A stretch of DNA of 64,000 nt, taken from NCBI GenBank assembly GCA_009694735.1, contig SHUG01000003.1:19840-83839 (forward strand), read 5' to 3'. Positions 40,023 to 50,164 of this stretch are shown here, in pieces (the first letter of the stretch is position 1; every line of letters begins with the position of its first letter). Made by a program: the position numbers and the translations under genes. This DNA comes from Acidobacteriota bacterium (GTDB lineage: Bacteria; Acidobacteriota; Vicinamibacteria; Vicinamibacterales; UBA2999). The notes under the pieces are model-generated. The model saw only the letters and a list, made by a program, of their open reading frames with translations, was not told the origin of the DNA and made no database searches.

Positions 40023-41630
40023 CTAGCCTACGCGGCGGGGGTTTCGCGGTAGTTTCTGGCGTGTTAATTCCGTGTTAACGCCCTTGAGACCTTTCCGGTA
40101 CGGCACCTTCTCAATCCAAATCTTCCGGTCGAGCGCCACCTCGAGCGCACGAGCCTGCCTATGCGCCGCCCACACTTCCAGCTCGCCATCACCAACCGCC
40201 TGCACCTTGATGCGCAGCTCGCCCAGCCGCTCGCGAATCTCGAGGCCGCGCACCACGCCGTGGCGGCTGCGGTCGAGGGTTTCGGCAAGACGGAGGAACG
40301 CCGACAGGATCTCCACCGCGCGGCGGTGCTGCTTGCTGAGGTCCTGCTGGCCGATGTGATGATCCTTCGGCGTCGCGCGACGGTGATAGCGCGTGACGAG
40401 CGCCATGATCTCGATCTCCTCCGGCTCGAACCCGCGCAGGTCGCCGTTCTTGATCAGGTAGTACGAGTGCCGATGATGCTTCTCGTAGCTGATGTGATTG
40501 CCGATGTCGTGGAGGAACCCGGCAAACTCCAGCCACTCGCGCTCGCGGTCGCCCAGGCCATGAATCCGCTTGGTGAAATCGAACATCGTCAGAGCCAGCG
40601 CGGCGACCTGCCGGGAGTGTTCCGCCTCCCAGCGGCAGCGCTCCGCCAGCTCGACCACCGAACGGCGGCGCACATCGGGATACGAGTCCACGCGCGCGAT
40701 GTCCTTGCGATGGCGGTGGATGTAGTCGAGCAGCACGCCTTCGCGCAGCGCGAGATCACAGAGCGTGATCTCGTCCGCGCCCAGTTTTTTCAGCAGCGTA
40801 TCGAGCAAAATGGCGCCCGCCACCATGAGGTCGGCGCGGCGGGAGTCCTGGCCGGGCAGGTGCATGCGCTCTTCAAGGTCCATCTCGACCGCGGCCTTGC
40901 GCAGCCGGCGCAAACTCTTCGCCGGCACGCGCAGGTTGCGCACTTCCTCCGGGGCCGTGCCGCGATCCATGGCGGTGGCCACGACGCCGAGCGACAGGAT
41001 GGTGCCGGACGTGCCGATCACGCGGTCGTAGCCCGCCTCGACGAGGTGGCCGAGGTAGCGGTCGACTTGTTCGCTGATGAACTCGGTCATCTTGCGCTCG
41101 TCGCGGCTCGAGATCGGATCGGAGTCGACGAACCGCTCGGTGAGGCGGATGACGCCCAGCTTGAAGCTGCGCGCGAACTCGACCGCACTGCCGCTGCCGC
41201 GCGTGATCTCGACACTGCCGCCGCCGATGTCGATCACCACGGCACGCTTGGGCGTGTCGACGCCGTAGACCGCCGACAGGTGGATCAGCCGCGCTTCTTC
41301 GGTACCGGTGATCAGTCGTGCGCGAATGCCGGTCTTGCGCTCGATGGCCTTGAGAAACGCACCGCCGTTCTCGGCTTCGCGAGTGGCGCTGGTGGCGACG
41401 GCGAGAATCTCATCCACTTGATGCGACGTCGCGAGGCGCTGGAACTTCGACAGCGCCTGAAGTGCCGCGTGCATCGATTCAGGGGTGAGCTTCTTGCCGT
41501 CGAGGCCGCCGGCACCCAGCCGGACCATTTCCTTTTCGCGGTCAACGACCTCGAACGAAAAGTCAGGCCGGACGCGCACCACAATCATGTGGACCGAATT
41601 AGTGCCGATGTCGATGGCGGCGAGGCGCAT
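40023..41630 (-). CDS. ppx: Ppx/GppA exopolyphosphatase with HD domain
   Basis: AIDIGTNS, ATSATREA, DIGGGS, LHDIG. Confidence 0.93.
   Translation of the reverse strand: MRLAAIDIGTNSVHMIVVRVRPDFSFEVVDREKEMVRLGAGGLDGKKLTPESMHAALQALSKFQRLATSHQVDEILAVATSATREAENGGAFLKAIERKTGIRARLITGTEEARLIHLSAVYGVDTPKRAVVIDIGGGSVEITRGSGSAVEFARSFKLGVIRLTERFVDSDPISSRDERKMTEFISEQVDRYLGHLVEAGYDRVIGTSGTILSLGVVATAMDRGTAPEEVRNLRVPAKSLRRLRKAAVEMDLEERMHLPGQDSRRADLMVAGAILLDTLLKKLGADEITLCDLALREGVLLDYIHRHRKDIARVDSYPDVRRRSVVELAERCRWEAEHSRQVAALALTMFDFTKRIHGLGDREREWLEFAGFLHDIGNHISYEKHHRHSYYLIKNGDLRGFEPEEIEIMALVTRYHRRATPKDHHIGQQDLSKQHRRAVEILSAFLRLAETLDRSRHGVVRGLEIRERLGELRIKVQAVGDGELEVWAAHRQARALEVALDRKIWIEKVPYRKGLKGVNTELTRQKLPRNPRRVG
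40025..40078 (-). promoter_or_regulatory. Pho-box-like pstS promoter inside the ppx 3' end
   Basis: TTAAC/TTAAC/GAAAC/GAAAC at 11-bp period (40074, 40063, 40052, 40041), 10 nt, then TAGGCT. Confidence 0.7.
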
Positions 41631-41659
41631 GGGTAAAAAAGGTTAAAATTCATCCTAGC

Positions 41660-42547
41660 ATGGAGCAGTCAGCCCTTTCCGTCGCCATCCTTCGCCAACG
41701 CCTGGTCTCGCTGCTCACCGCCATGCCCGCGGCGCAGTCGGGCGACGAAACGTCGGTGCACCAGGCCCGCGTCGCGTCGCGCCGGTTGCGCGGCGCCTTG
41801 CCAATGCTCGGCGCCAGCGCCGACGCCGAGGCCCTCGACCGTGTCGATCGCCGTGTGCGCCGCATTACCCGCGCGTTGGGACCCGTGCGCGAACTCGATG
41901 TCGCCCTGTTGTTGCTGGCCGAGTTCGAGGAGCGCGGTGTGGCATCGGCCGACGCCATCGGCCGCGTGCGCGAGGCGGTGATCGCCGAACGACTGGATCG
42001 CCGCCGCGACATGCTCGATGCGATCACCCCGTCGCGCCTCGAGCAGCTGCGCAAGCGTCTGGTCGACGTGACGGCGCCCGAGTCGCACCGCGGATCGGTG
42101 GCCAACGCCGTCGCCGAAGCGGTGGCGCAGGCAGGCAAACGGGCCCGGCATTTGCGCGCGGCCATCGAACGCGCCGGCGGCATTTACCTGGCCGAACGGT
42201 TGCATCGCGTCCGCATCGAGGCCAAGAAGTTACGCTACACCCTCGAGATCCAGCGCGAGCTCACACGCTCACGATCGCGCCTCCATCTCGACCGGCTGAA
42301 GACGCAACAGAGCCTGCTCGGCCGCATGCACGACCTCGAGATTCTGATCGATCGCACGCGTGCCGTGCAGGCCACGCTGGCCGCCCGCAACCGGCGTGGC
42401 ATGGGCGAACTCGACGCGCTGATCCGCGTGCTCGAGGACGAGTGCCGCGCGGGACACGCCACTTACATGCACGCGCGCCCGGCCCTGTTGAAGCTCTGTG
42501 AGTCAGTGATCGACACCGCCGGGCAATCGCGCTCGACGGCTGCCTAG
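41660..42547 (+). CDS. CHAD domain (polyphosphate-binding) protein
   Basis: VHQARVASRRLR, LHRVRIEAKKLRY, LGRMHD. Confidence 0.9.
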   Translation: MEQSALSVAILRQRLVSLLTAMPAAQSGDETSVHQARVASRRLRGALPMLGASADAEALDRVDRRVRRITRALGPVRELDVALLLLAEFEERGVASADAIGRVREAVIAERLDRRRDMLDAITPSRLEQLRKRLVDVTAPESHRGSVANAVAEAVAQAGKRARHLRAAIERAGGIYLAERLHRVRIEAKKLRYTLEIQRELTRSRSRLHLDRLKTQQSLLGRMHDLEILIDRTRAVQATLAARNRRGMGELDALIRVLEDECRAGHATYMHARPALLKLCESVIDTAGQSRSTAA

Positions 42548-42559
42548 CCCCGGACATTC

Positions 42560-43069
42560 ATGGCCGCTACCATCGAGCTGTACCTCGTGCGCCACGGCAT
42601 GGCCGCCGAGCGTGGACCCAAATACCCCGACGATCGCCTGCGGCCGCTCACGCCGACCGGCGTCAAGCGGTTTGCCGCCGCGGTTCCCGGCCTGCTCGAG
42701 CTGGATGTGGTCATCGACTTCGTGCTGACCAGCCCGCTGGTGCGCGCCCGCGACACCGCCACGCTGCTGGCGGCTGGGCTGAAACCGAAACCAGCGATGA
42801 CCGAGATCGAGGCCCTCGCGCCGGGCGGACGCCACCAAGCCGTGATGGAAGCGATCAAGACGCACGCGAAACGGCATCGGCGCCTCGCGCTGGTGGGGCA
42901 CGAGCCGGATCTGGGCGAGCTCGCCGCGCGGTTGCTCGGCGCGCGCGGCATCGTCCAGTTCAAAAAAGGCGCGATCTGCGCCATTGATGTGGATGGCGCC
43001 ACCCCCGGCGGCCCCGGTACGTTGCGATGGCTCCTGACACCACGGGCGCTGCGCGCGCTCGCTCCCTAG
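42560..43069 (+). CDS. sixA: SixA phosphohistidine phosphatase
   Basis: LVRHG, RPLT, SPLVRA, VGHEP. Confidence 0.88.
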   Translation: MAATIELYLVRHGMAAERGPKYPDDRLRPLTPTGVKRFAAAVPGLLELDVVIDFVLTSPLVRARDTATLLAAGLKPKPAMTEIEALAPGGRHQAVMEAIKTHAKRHRRLALVGHEPDLGELAARLLGARGIVQFKKGAICAIDVDGATPGGPGTLRWLLTPRALRALAP

Positions 43070-43114
43070 AGCCCGGCAGAAATTTGTGTCAAATCGGTGG
43101 AATCCGTGGCCCTG

Positions 43115-44011
43115 ATGAAAGCCACCGTCGTCATCAACCCCATCGCCGGCCCCGGGCGCGCCCGCACGCTCGACGCCTGCGCTGCACTCGCGCGTGAGTC
43201 GCTTGGCCGCGGCGGTTTCGACGCTGATGTCCGCATCACGACGGCGCCAGACGATGCGCAGCGCTTCGCAACGGCGGCGGTCGAAGCGGGGCATGCGCTC
43301 GTGGTGGCGTGGGGCGGCGACGGCACGGTGAACGGTGTCGGTGCGGCGTTGGCCGGCACCCCGGTCGCGATGGCGATTATCCCAGGAGGTTCGGGCAACG
43401 GCCTGGCCCGCGATCTGGACCTGCCGCTCGACGCCGCGGCGGCGTTCGAGGTGGCGGCGTCTGGATCCGCCCGCCTGATCGATGCCGGCGAGCTGAACGG
43501 CTCGCTGTTCTTCAATGTCGCGGGCATCGGACTGGATGCGCGCATCGCCATGCGAATGGCCGCGCCGGGCGCTCGCCGCGGGTTACTGGGATACGTGGTT
43601 GCTACCCTCAGCGAACTGCCGTCGTACGTGGCCCGCGACTATTCGATCACGCCCCTGAACGGCGCCGGCGGCTCACCGTTTGCGACCTCGGCCTTGTTCA
43701 TCGCGATGGCGAATTCGCGCCAGTACGGCAACGGTGCGCAGATCGCCCCGCACGCCCGAGTCGACGATGGCGAGTTGGATCTCGTGGTGGTCAGGCCGCA
43801 GTCGCTGCTGCGCATCGCGTCACGTATTCCCGCATTTTTCAACGGCAGCCTGCGAGCCGACGAGACCCTCTGGATGAGAACGGCGGCCGAAATGGATATT
43901 TCGTCCGACCATGACATCTCGTTTCACGTGGACGGCGAGCCCCGCCAGGGGCCGACTACGGTCGCGCTGCGTACCCGTCCGCGAACGCTCCAGGTGAGAG
44001 TTAAAAGCTGA
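43115..44011 (+). CDS. Diacylglycerol/lipid kinase family protein
   Basis: INPIAG, GGDGT, PGGSGN, DDG, VDGE. Confidence 0.88.
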   Translation: MKATVVINPIAGPGRARTLDACAALARESLGRGGFDADVRITTAPDDAQRFATAAVEAGHALVVAWGGDGTVNGVGAALAGTPVAMAIIPGGSGNGLARDLDLPLDAAAAFEVAASGSARLIDAGELNGSLFFNVAGIGLDARIAMRMAAPGARRGLLGYVVATLSELPSYVARDYSITPLNGAGGSPFATSALFIAMANSRQYGNGAQIAPHARVDDGELDLVVVRPQSLLRIASRIPAFFNGSLRADETLWMRTAAEMDISSDHDISFHVDGEPRQGPTTVALRTRPRTLQVRVKS

Positions 44012-44100
44012 TTGCTCAATGGCTTATCTCATGTGAGCGAGAAGTTGTCGCGAAGAATTTACACCCGGTCGGCAACCGTCTAGGCCAGGCTCAGTGAGCG

Positions 44101-44316
44101 ATGTACGCCTTCACCAAGAAGATCCAGCTCCTCGAACACACGCGCCGGTATTCGATTCTCACCACTGACGTCGGTTGGGAAGTTCGCGAGGAGCGTGACA
44201 GCCAGTTGGTCCGCCAGGCCACCTATCAGGATTGGCACCGCGTCGAGCGCGCCAAGCGTTCGATCGCGAATGAGCTGGACGACCTCCAAACCCAGGGCTG
44301 GGCGGAAGTTCAATAG
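44101..44316 (+). CDS. Small hypothetical protein
   Basis: 71 aa, host-like codon usage, GWEVREE...DWHRVE. Confidence 0.6.
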   Translation: MYAFTKKIQLLEHTRRYSILTTDVGWEVREERDSQLVRQATYQDWHRVERAKRSIANELDDLQTQGWAEVQ

Positions 44317-44348
44317 GGTCCTTCGTTCTTTGCTCTTTCTTCTGGACG

Positions 44349-45125
44349 TTATTTCTCTGCTTCAATAAACCGGTAGCCCAAGCCGACCACCGTTTCGATC
44401 TGTTTGCCGGCGGCGCCCAGTTTGCCGCGCAGGCGGCCGACGTGCACATCGACTGACCGCGTCTCGACCATGCGGTCGTAGCCCCACACACGCTCGAGCA
44501 AGCGGTCGCGCGAGAGCACGCGGTTGCGGTTCTCCACCAGGTGGCGCAGCAGTTCGAATTCACGGCGGGTCAGGCGCACCGAGACGCCATCGACGGCGAT
44601 CGACACGACGTCGAAGTCGGCCACCAGGTGCTCGCCGCGATAGATCGGCGGCGGACCAACGTCATCCGGACGGCCCCGGCGCAGCACGGCACGCACGCGC
44701 GCTGACAGCTCGCGGGGGCTGAACGGCTTGGTCACGTAGTCGTCCGCGCCGGCATCCAGGCCGACCACGCGGTCGCTCTCGCTGCTGCGCGCGGTGAGCA
44801 TGATGATCGGGGTCTTGGCAGTCGCCGGCCGCGTCCGCAACAGACGGCACACCTCGAGGCCACCGAGCACCGGCAGGTTCAGGTCCAGGATGATCAGATC
44901 GACTTGCTGTTCGCTGGCCAGCTTGAGAGCCTGATCGCCGCTGGCCGCGATGTCGACAATGGTATCGCCGCTTCGTTCCAGGGTGTGCTTGATCAGTCCC
45001 GAGATGTCTTTCTCGTCTTCGACCACGAGGACACGGGTCTTGTTGTTGGCCCCGGGCACACCGGAGACTCTTGGACTCGGTGAGGGTGAAGCGTGATCGG
45101 CTCGAGCCAAACTGTTCTGTTGCAT
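44349..45125 (-). CDS. phoB: OmpR/PhoB-family response regulator (PhoB-like)
   Basis: VVEDE, LDLNLP, DDYVTKPFS, RSVDVHVGRLR; Pho context; start uncertain. Confidence 0.8.
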   Translation of the reverse strand: MQQNSLARADHASPSPSPRVSGVPGANNKTRVLVVEDEKDISGLIKHTLERSGDTIVDIAASGDQALKLASEQQVDLIILDLNLPVLGGLEVCRLLRTRPATAKTPIIMLTARSSESDRVVGLDAGADDYVTKPFSPRELSARVRAVLRRGRPDDVGPPPIYRGEHLVADFDVVSIAVDGVSVRLTRREFELLRHLVENRNRVLSRDRLLERVWGYDRMVETRSVDVHVGRLRGKLGAAGKQIETVVGLGYRFIEAEK

Positions 45126-45160
45126 CCTGCGATCCTTTACCTGCATGGAGGGGCAGCACC

Positions 45161-45214
45161 ACGGTAGCGATCGCAGGTTTCCGGCCAGTGACGGTGACGT
45201 TAATTCTGGGTTAC
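45161..45214 (-). promoter_or_regulatory. Pho-box-like promoter of the phoB-like gene
   Basis: GTAAC/TTAAC/GTCAC/GAAAC at 45210, 45199, 45188, 45177, 10 nt, then TACCGT. Confidence 0.7.
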
Positions 45215-45508
45215 CAAATCCACTGGATCGCCGCATTGGGGATCAGTCGCTGTCAACCGAGGTGTCACGCGGGCGTGATCGCCTTGTCATGCCGGCTCAC
45301 TACGCTCTGGTTCCAGAGGGCTCGCGGCTGCGCCGCTCGTCGGGGTCGCTCGCCACACTCGCTCCTGGGGCAAGGCATTCCCCCCACGAGGCGCGAAGCG
45401 CCGAGTCCCACGAGCGCCGACTTGTCCGCCGGAGCCTTGGCGAAGGTGGAAGGCGCGAGCCCTACAAGGCGCGAAGCGCCGAGCCCGACGCGCGGCAGGG
45501 CCGCGCGC

Positions 45509-46909
45509 CTACCAGAATCCCAGCCACTTCCACCACGCCGCGCCCGCGGTCAGCCAAATGGCGATGTTCGCCACCGAGGTGACGAACCCGACCTTCCACC
45601 AATCGGCCCGCGACACGTAACCCACGCCGAACAGGATCGGGCCCGTCGTCGTGCCGTAATGGGTCAGGCCAGCGGTGAGGTTGGCGGTGCACAGCAGGCT
45701 GTAGACCGCCAGCTGCGGCGGCACGCCGATGCCGATCAACACCGCCACAAAGGGCGGAAACATCGCGAGCATGTGCGCGGTGATGCTGGCGAAGAAGTAG
45801 TGCGCGTAGAAGTAGATGATCAGGATGCCGACCAGCACGACGACCCACGGGATGCCGACAAACACCGCGGCGACATTCTGCGCGAGCACCTGGGTCGAGC
45901 CGGTGTCGTTCAGCAGCTGGCCCATGCGCAGCATGCCGCCGTACCACACGAACACGTCCCAGGCCGCGCGCTCGCCCGCGGCGGTCTGCCACGTCAGCGT
46001 GCCTGAGGCCAGGAGCACGCCGATGCCGACCATGGCCACGAACGTGACATCCAGGCGATGCCAGGCCGACGTGATCCACATCAGCCCGACGCCGCCGAAC
46101 ACCAGCAGCGTGATCCACTCGTCGCGGCTGAGCGGGCCCATCTTCTTCAGTTCGCCGGCGGCGAAAACCGGCGCCTCCGGCGTGCTGGTGACCTCGGGTT
46201 TGAGCATGCGATACGCGATCCACGGCACCACCGCGCACGACAGCAAGCCCGGGACGATCGCGGCGACGAACCAACTGGCCCAGGTCACCTCGACGTTTGC
46301 CAGCTTCAACGCCAGGTTGGCGCCAAGCAGGTTGCTGGCCTGGCCGGTGAGAAACATCGCGCACGCCACCGCTGAGCCCTGATACATCGCGGTAATCAGG
46401 AAGGTGCCGAGGCGCTTACCGGTCGGACCGGGCCGTGAGTCGAACAGTTCGGCGATGCTGCGGGCAATCGGCAGTACCATGCCGGCGCTGCGCGCGGTAA
46501 TTGACGGCACCCCTGAGGCCAGCGTGACGTCGGTCATCTGGAGCGCGTAGGCGACGCCGAGCGACGTGCGGCCGACGGCCCGGACGAACAGCAAGGCAAT
46601 GCGGCGCGCCAGCCCGCAATCGAGCATCACCTTCGCGATCAGCATGGCGATGATCACCAGCCAGACCGACGGCTCGGCAAAGCCGCCCAGCACTTCGCGC
46701 ATGGGCGTGCCGTTGGCGGCCATGGCCGTCAGGCCGATCAGGACCAGCGCTGATGCCGGCAGTGGTTCGGTCACCATGCCGGCAATGACGCAGATGAAGA
46801 TCGCGGTTTGCCGCCAGCCTTGGGGGGTGATGGTGGCCGGCGCAGGAATCAGGTGGGCGAGGACAAGGTAGAGGAGAACCAGCGCGGCCAGCCCGCGAGT
46901 GCGCGACAT
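45509..46909 (-). CDS. DASS-family anion permease (CitT/TtdT-like)
   Basis: GLARRIAL, PSITARS, MFLTGQASN, YAHYFFASITAH, LTHYGT. Confidence 0.88.
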   Translation of the reverse strand: MSRTRGLAALVLLYLVLAHLIPAPATITPQGWRQTAIFICVIAGMVTEPLPASALVLIGLTAMAANGTPMREVLGGFAEPSVWLVIIAMLIAKVMLDCGLARRIALLFVRAVGRTSLGVAYALQMTDVTLASGVPSITARSAGMVLPIARSIAELFDSRPGPTGKRLGTFLITAMYQGSAVACAMFLTGQASNLLGANLALKLANVEVTWASWFVAAIVPGLLSCAVVPWIAYRMLKPEVTSTPEAPVFAAGELKKMGPLSRDEWITLLVFGGVGLMWITSAWHRLDVTFVAMVGIGVLLASGTLTWQTAAGERAAWDVFVWYGGMLRMGQLLNDTGSTQVLAQNVAAVFVGIPWVVVLVGILIIYFYAHYFFASITAHMLAMFPPFVAVLIGIGVPPQLAVYSLLCTANLTAGLTHYGTTTGPILFGVGYVSRADWWKVGFVTSVANIAIWLTAGAAWWKWLGFW

Positions 46910-46954
46910 TGGGAGGAATCTTACTCGGTCTCGCGGCTACGCCGCTCGTGAGCC

Positions 46955-48319
46955 CTACAGAATTCCCCGCTCCCACGGGCCAGTAATGGCCACCGTGAAG
47001 CCCGGCGTCTGAATGTTCACGAACAACCAGCGGCCATCGGGGCTGAACGTCGCGCCGGCGAACTCGCGGTCGCGGAAGTCACCGACGAAGCCGTTGCGCT
47101 CGCCATTGAGCACGATGTTGTTGCGGGCGAAGCGCACGATCTTGCCATCGCGCGTCAAGCCATGCACACAGGGATTGGCCGTTCCGTCTTCGCACAGCAC
47201 CAAGCCGCCCCGCGGGCTGACCACCAGGTTGTCGGGCATGTTCAAGACCTCGGCGCCCGGCGATTCGAAGATCATTCTGATCTCCTGCTCGCGGATGTCG
47301 AGCTCCCACACCTGGCCCATCTTCGCTTCGCCGCCATCGGTACTGGTGAGGTAGATGCGTCCGCCGCTGTACCACGCGCCCTCAAGGCGGCCGAAGATCG
47401 CGCCCCCGCGCTCGAGGCCCTGTGCGAAGACCCCGCCGCCATCGAACTTGGCCGCATCGACGTGCGCCTTGTCAGGCTGCCCGATGTCCACCCAGTGAAT
47501 GCCACGCTTGACTCCGGCGCGCTGTCCGAGCCGAAGGTCGGCGCGCGGCGCGCCATCGACCGCCAGCATCTGCAGCCGCCCGCCATCGGCCAGGCGCCGC
47601 GGCGACCGTGGGGTAAAGCGGTAAAGGCCCGACCGGCGCCGGTCTTCGGTTTGGTAGACAACGCTGGTGTCGGGATCGACGGCGACGGCTTCGTGAACGA
47701 ATCGCCCCATCTCGATGAGTGGCTGCAGTGACGGCCTTCCATCCACAGGCACTTCGAACACGTAGCCGTGCCCACGCTGCAGCAGCGGATGGTCCGCGGG
47801 GCCCAGCGTCGTTTCCTCGCACGTGAGCCACGAGTTCCAGGGGGTGGCGCCGCCGGCGCAGTTGTTGATCGTACCTGCCAAGCTGGTCCGTGAGCTGGTC
47901 ACCAGTCCAGTCGTGGGATCGAACCGGACCGTGGTCGTGCCCCCGCCCGCCTGTGCGTCGTATGCGAGCTTGGCGTCGAAGGTGATCCCAGGCGGCAGTT
48001 CGTGATTGCGAATCAGGACGATGGTGCCATCGGCGCCAGGAAAGGCGGCCATGCCGTCGTGGGCGCCGGGCGTGCGCGCGCCAGAGTCGAGGGGATCGCC
48101 GGTCCACCCGAACGAGCGATAGCGAAATCCGCCAGGAAGCTGAAGCAACGGCAGCCCCGTGGTTTCGTCGTTGACCGGCTGCAGGGGCCCGTATCCCGGG
48201 TCATCGGGCGCCAGGCGCCCAGCCGCCGCCGGCCGCCAGAGCGCTTCCAGGGGCACCGTGACAGCCGCGCTCCCGGCAAGGGCGGCTCGCAGCAGAAACT
48301 CGCGGCGGGGCGTCGTCAT
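46955..48319 (-). CDS. phoX: PhoX-family alkaline phosphatase (Tat substrate)
   Basis: RREFL, HDGM, NCAGG, WLTCEE, GRFVHEA, PDN, NIQTPG. Confidence 0.88.
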   Translation of the reverse strand: MTTPRREFLLRAALAGSAAVTVPLEALWRPAAAGRLAPDDPGYGPLQPVNDETTGLPLLQLPGGFRYRSFGWTGDPLDSGARTPGAHDGMAAFPGADGTIVLIRNHELPPGITFDAKLAYDAQAGGGTTTVRFDPTTGLVTSSRTSLAGTINNCAGGATPWNSWLTCEETTLGPADHPLLQRGHGYVFEVPVDGRPSLQPLIEMGRFVHEAVAVDPDTSVVYQTEDRRRSGLYRFTPRSPRRLADGGRLQMLAVDGAPRADLRLGQRAGVKRGIHWVDIGQPDKAHVDAAKFDGGGVFAQGLERGGAIFGRLEGAWYSGGRIYLTSTDGGEAKMGQVWELDIREQEIRMIFESPGAEVLNMPDNLVVSPRGGLVLCEDGTANPCVHGLTRDGKIVRFARNNIVLNGERNGFVGDFRDREFAGATFSPDGRWLFVNIQTPGFTVAITGPWERGIL

Positions 48320-48354
48320 GGCGTTTCAGTTTAGCGCATTTCAATACTGTGACG

Positions 48355-48450
48355 GACCGGGTGCACGGCGCCAGCGTCCTGCTGACGTTTGTGACCGACG
48401 GCATGGGGTTCTTCCTGTTCCTCGGCCTGACGCGACTGTTTCTGGTGTAG
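48355..48450 (+). pseudogene. mgtE: 3' remnant of an MgtE magnesium transporter
   Basis: Translates ASVLLTFVTDGMGFFLFLGLTRLFLV*, typical of the last MgtE helix; no upstream frame. Confidence 0.65.
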
Positions 48451-48459
48451 CTGGTTTGC

Positions 48460-50061
48460 CTACGAGGTGTGACTGCCGGGCCTGCCGGCCTCAACGACTC
48501 GAGTGGCCGCGGTGCGCGCGGCGCCACCGGCAACGGTGATTCGCTCGATCACGCGGAAGTCGGCTTGCATGGTCTTGGGCGTGGCGGTGCAAGCGATGTA
48601 GCCGCGCTTGTTGCTGTGATACGTCAGGTGCGGGTTATCGGCGTGCAGCCGTTCCCAATTGGCCTGGGTTTCAGAGCCGTCGCCGCCGGACGTGACCGAA
48701 CTGTTGGTGAACTCGACGCCGACGGTCGCCGACTTCGGGCTGGAGTAGTCCATCTTCAGGTCCGCACACCAATGCGTGTGGACATCACCGGACAGCACGA
48801 TGGGGTTCGGTGTCTTCGCGTCGGCCAGCCGCTGGTACAGCCGCTGGCGGCCGGCCGTGTAACCATCCCACTTGTCCATCGAGAACGGCGCGTCGGGATT
48901 GGTGCCTGAATTGTTGCGGCCAAACGTCGGCACCTGCTGGCCGAGCACCGTCCAGGTTCCCGTCGAGGCGGCGAGATTCTTGAACAACCACTCTTCCTGG
49001 GCGGCGCCGAGAATGGTCCGGGCCGGGTCGGTCGCAGTCTTGAGGCAATCAGGTTGCGTCGTCGTGGCGCAGGCCTGCTTGGATCGGTACTGGCGGGTGT
49101 CAAGCACGCTTAAGTCGAGCAGGTTGCCGAAGCGCAGCCGGCGATAGAGCGGCAGGTTCGGACCGGTCGGCATCGCTGAGGCGCGCAGGGGCATCGACTC
49201 GAAGTACGCCTGGTAGGCAGCCGCTCGGCGCAGCAGGAAGACTTCTGGCGGCGTGTCGCGTTCGTCGCGGTCGCCGGCGTAGTCGTTGTCGACCTCGTGA
49301 TCGTCCCACGTGACGATCATCGGCGCGGAGTGATGCGCCGCCATCAGATCCGGATCCGACTTGTACTGCGCGTAGCGATTGCGATAGTCGACGACCGTGT
49401 AGATTTCCTGGCCGAGATGTCGGCGCACATTGCTCGGGTTGCGCCCGGTGTCGCCGCGGCCCTCGTAGATGTAGTCGCCGGTATGAAAGATGAAGTCGAA
49501 GGCTTCATCGGCGACGCGGCCGTAGGCCGAGAAGAAGCCGGTCTCATAGTGGCCACAACCACACACGCCAAAGCGCAGCCGGTCGACGGCGGCACCGGCG
49601 GCGGGCGCCGTCTTGGTGCGGCCGGTCTGGCTGACTTCACCGCCGCACCGGAATCGATACCAGTACTCGCGCGCGGGTGACAGGCCACCGGCTTCGACGT
49701 GCACGCTGTGGCCCAGTTCCGGACGGGCGATGGCGGTGCCGTTGCGTACGATCGTCCGGAACGCCGGGTCGGCAGCAACTTCCCAGCCCACCTCCACGTT
49801 GGCGGTCGGCATGCCACCCCCCGTCAGTGGTTCTGGCGCCAGCCGCGTCCACAGTGCGACGCTGTCAGCCCACGGATCGCCTGACGCGACGCCGAGCGAG
49901 AAGGGATAGGTGCGAAACGCCGGTTGCGCCCAGGCCGCCAGCGACACGGTCGGCTGGGCAATCGCCGCGACGCCGAGTTTCCACGCGATGTTCAGCAACT
50001 CGCGCCGCGAGAGCCGCGAGAGCGCGCGATCGTAGAAGCGAATCGTGTTGGTGGTGGCCAT
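48460..50061 (-). CDS. phoD: PhoD-family alkaline phosphatase (Tat substrate)
   Basis: SRRELL, GVASGDP, HTGDYIYE, WDDHEV, LSGDVH. Confidence 0.93.
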   Translation of the reverse strand: MATTNTIRFYDRALSRLSRRELLNIAWKLGVAAIAQPTVSLAAWAQPAFRTYPFSLGVASGDPWADSVALWTRLAPEPLTGGGMPTANVEVGWEVAADPAFRTIVRNGTAIARPELGHSVHVEAGGLSPAREYWYRFRCGGEVSQTGRTKTAPAAGAAVDRLRFGVCGCGHYETGFFSAYGRVADEAFDFIFHTGDYIYEGRGDTGRNPSNVRRHLGQEIYTVVDYRNRYAQYKSDPDLMAAHHSAPMIVTWDDHEVDNDYAGDRDERDTPPEVFLLRRAAAYQAYFESMPLRASAMPTGPNLPLYRRLRFGNLLDLSVLDTRQYRSKQACATTTQPDCLKTATDPARTILGAAQEEWLFKNLAASTGTWTVLGQQVPTFGRNNSGTNPDAPFSMDKWDGYTAGRQRLYQRLADAKTPNPIVLSGDVHTHWCADLKMDYSSPKSATVGVEFTNSSVTSGGDGSETQANWERLHADNPHLTYHSNKRGYIACTATPKTMQADFRVIERITVAGGAARTAATRVVEAGRPGSHTS

Positions 50062-50065
50062 GGCC

Positions 50066-50128
50066 TTAGAAGTTTACCTTGACACCGAGTTGCATCTGGC
50101 GCGGTGTCGTCGCCAGCGAGGTGATTGA
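50066..50128 (-). pseudogene. C-terminal remnant of a TonB-dependent receptor
   Basis: ITSLATTPRQMQLGVKVNF*, comparable to ARQTQLSIRYSF* of the intact receptor at 58563. Confidence 0.65.
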
Positions 50129-50130
50129 GG

Positions 50131-50164
50131 ATGGTAGCCAGTGACTGTGACCGCACTGTGACAG
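50131..50164 (-). promoter_or_regulatory. Pho box promoter upstream of phoD
   Basis: CTGTCAC-agtg-CGGTCAC, 10 nt, then TACCAT. Confidence 0.7.

Noticed and set aside
48328-48355. Pho box upstream of phoX
   Set aside because: One GTCAC half-site is present but not in the 10-nt register with the TAAACT -10 seen at the other promoters
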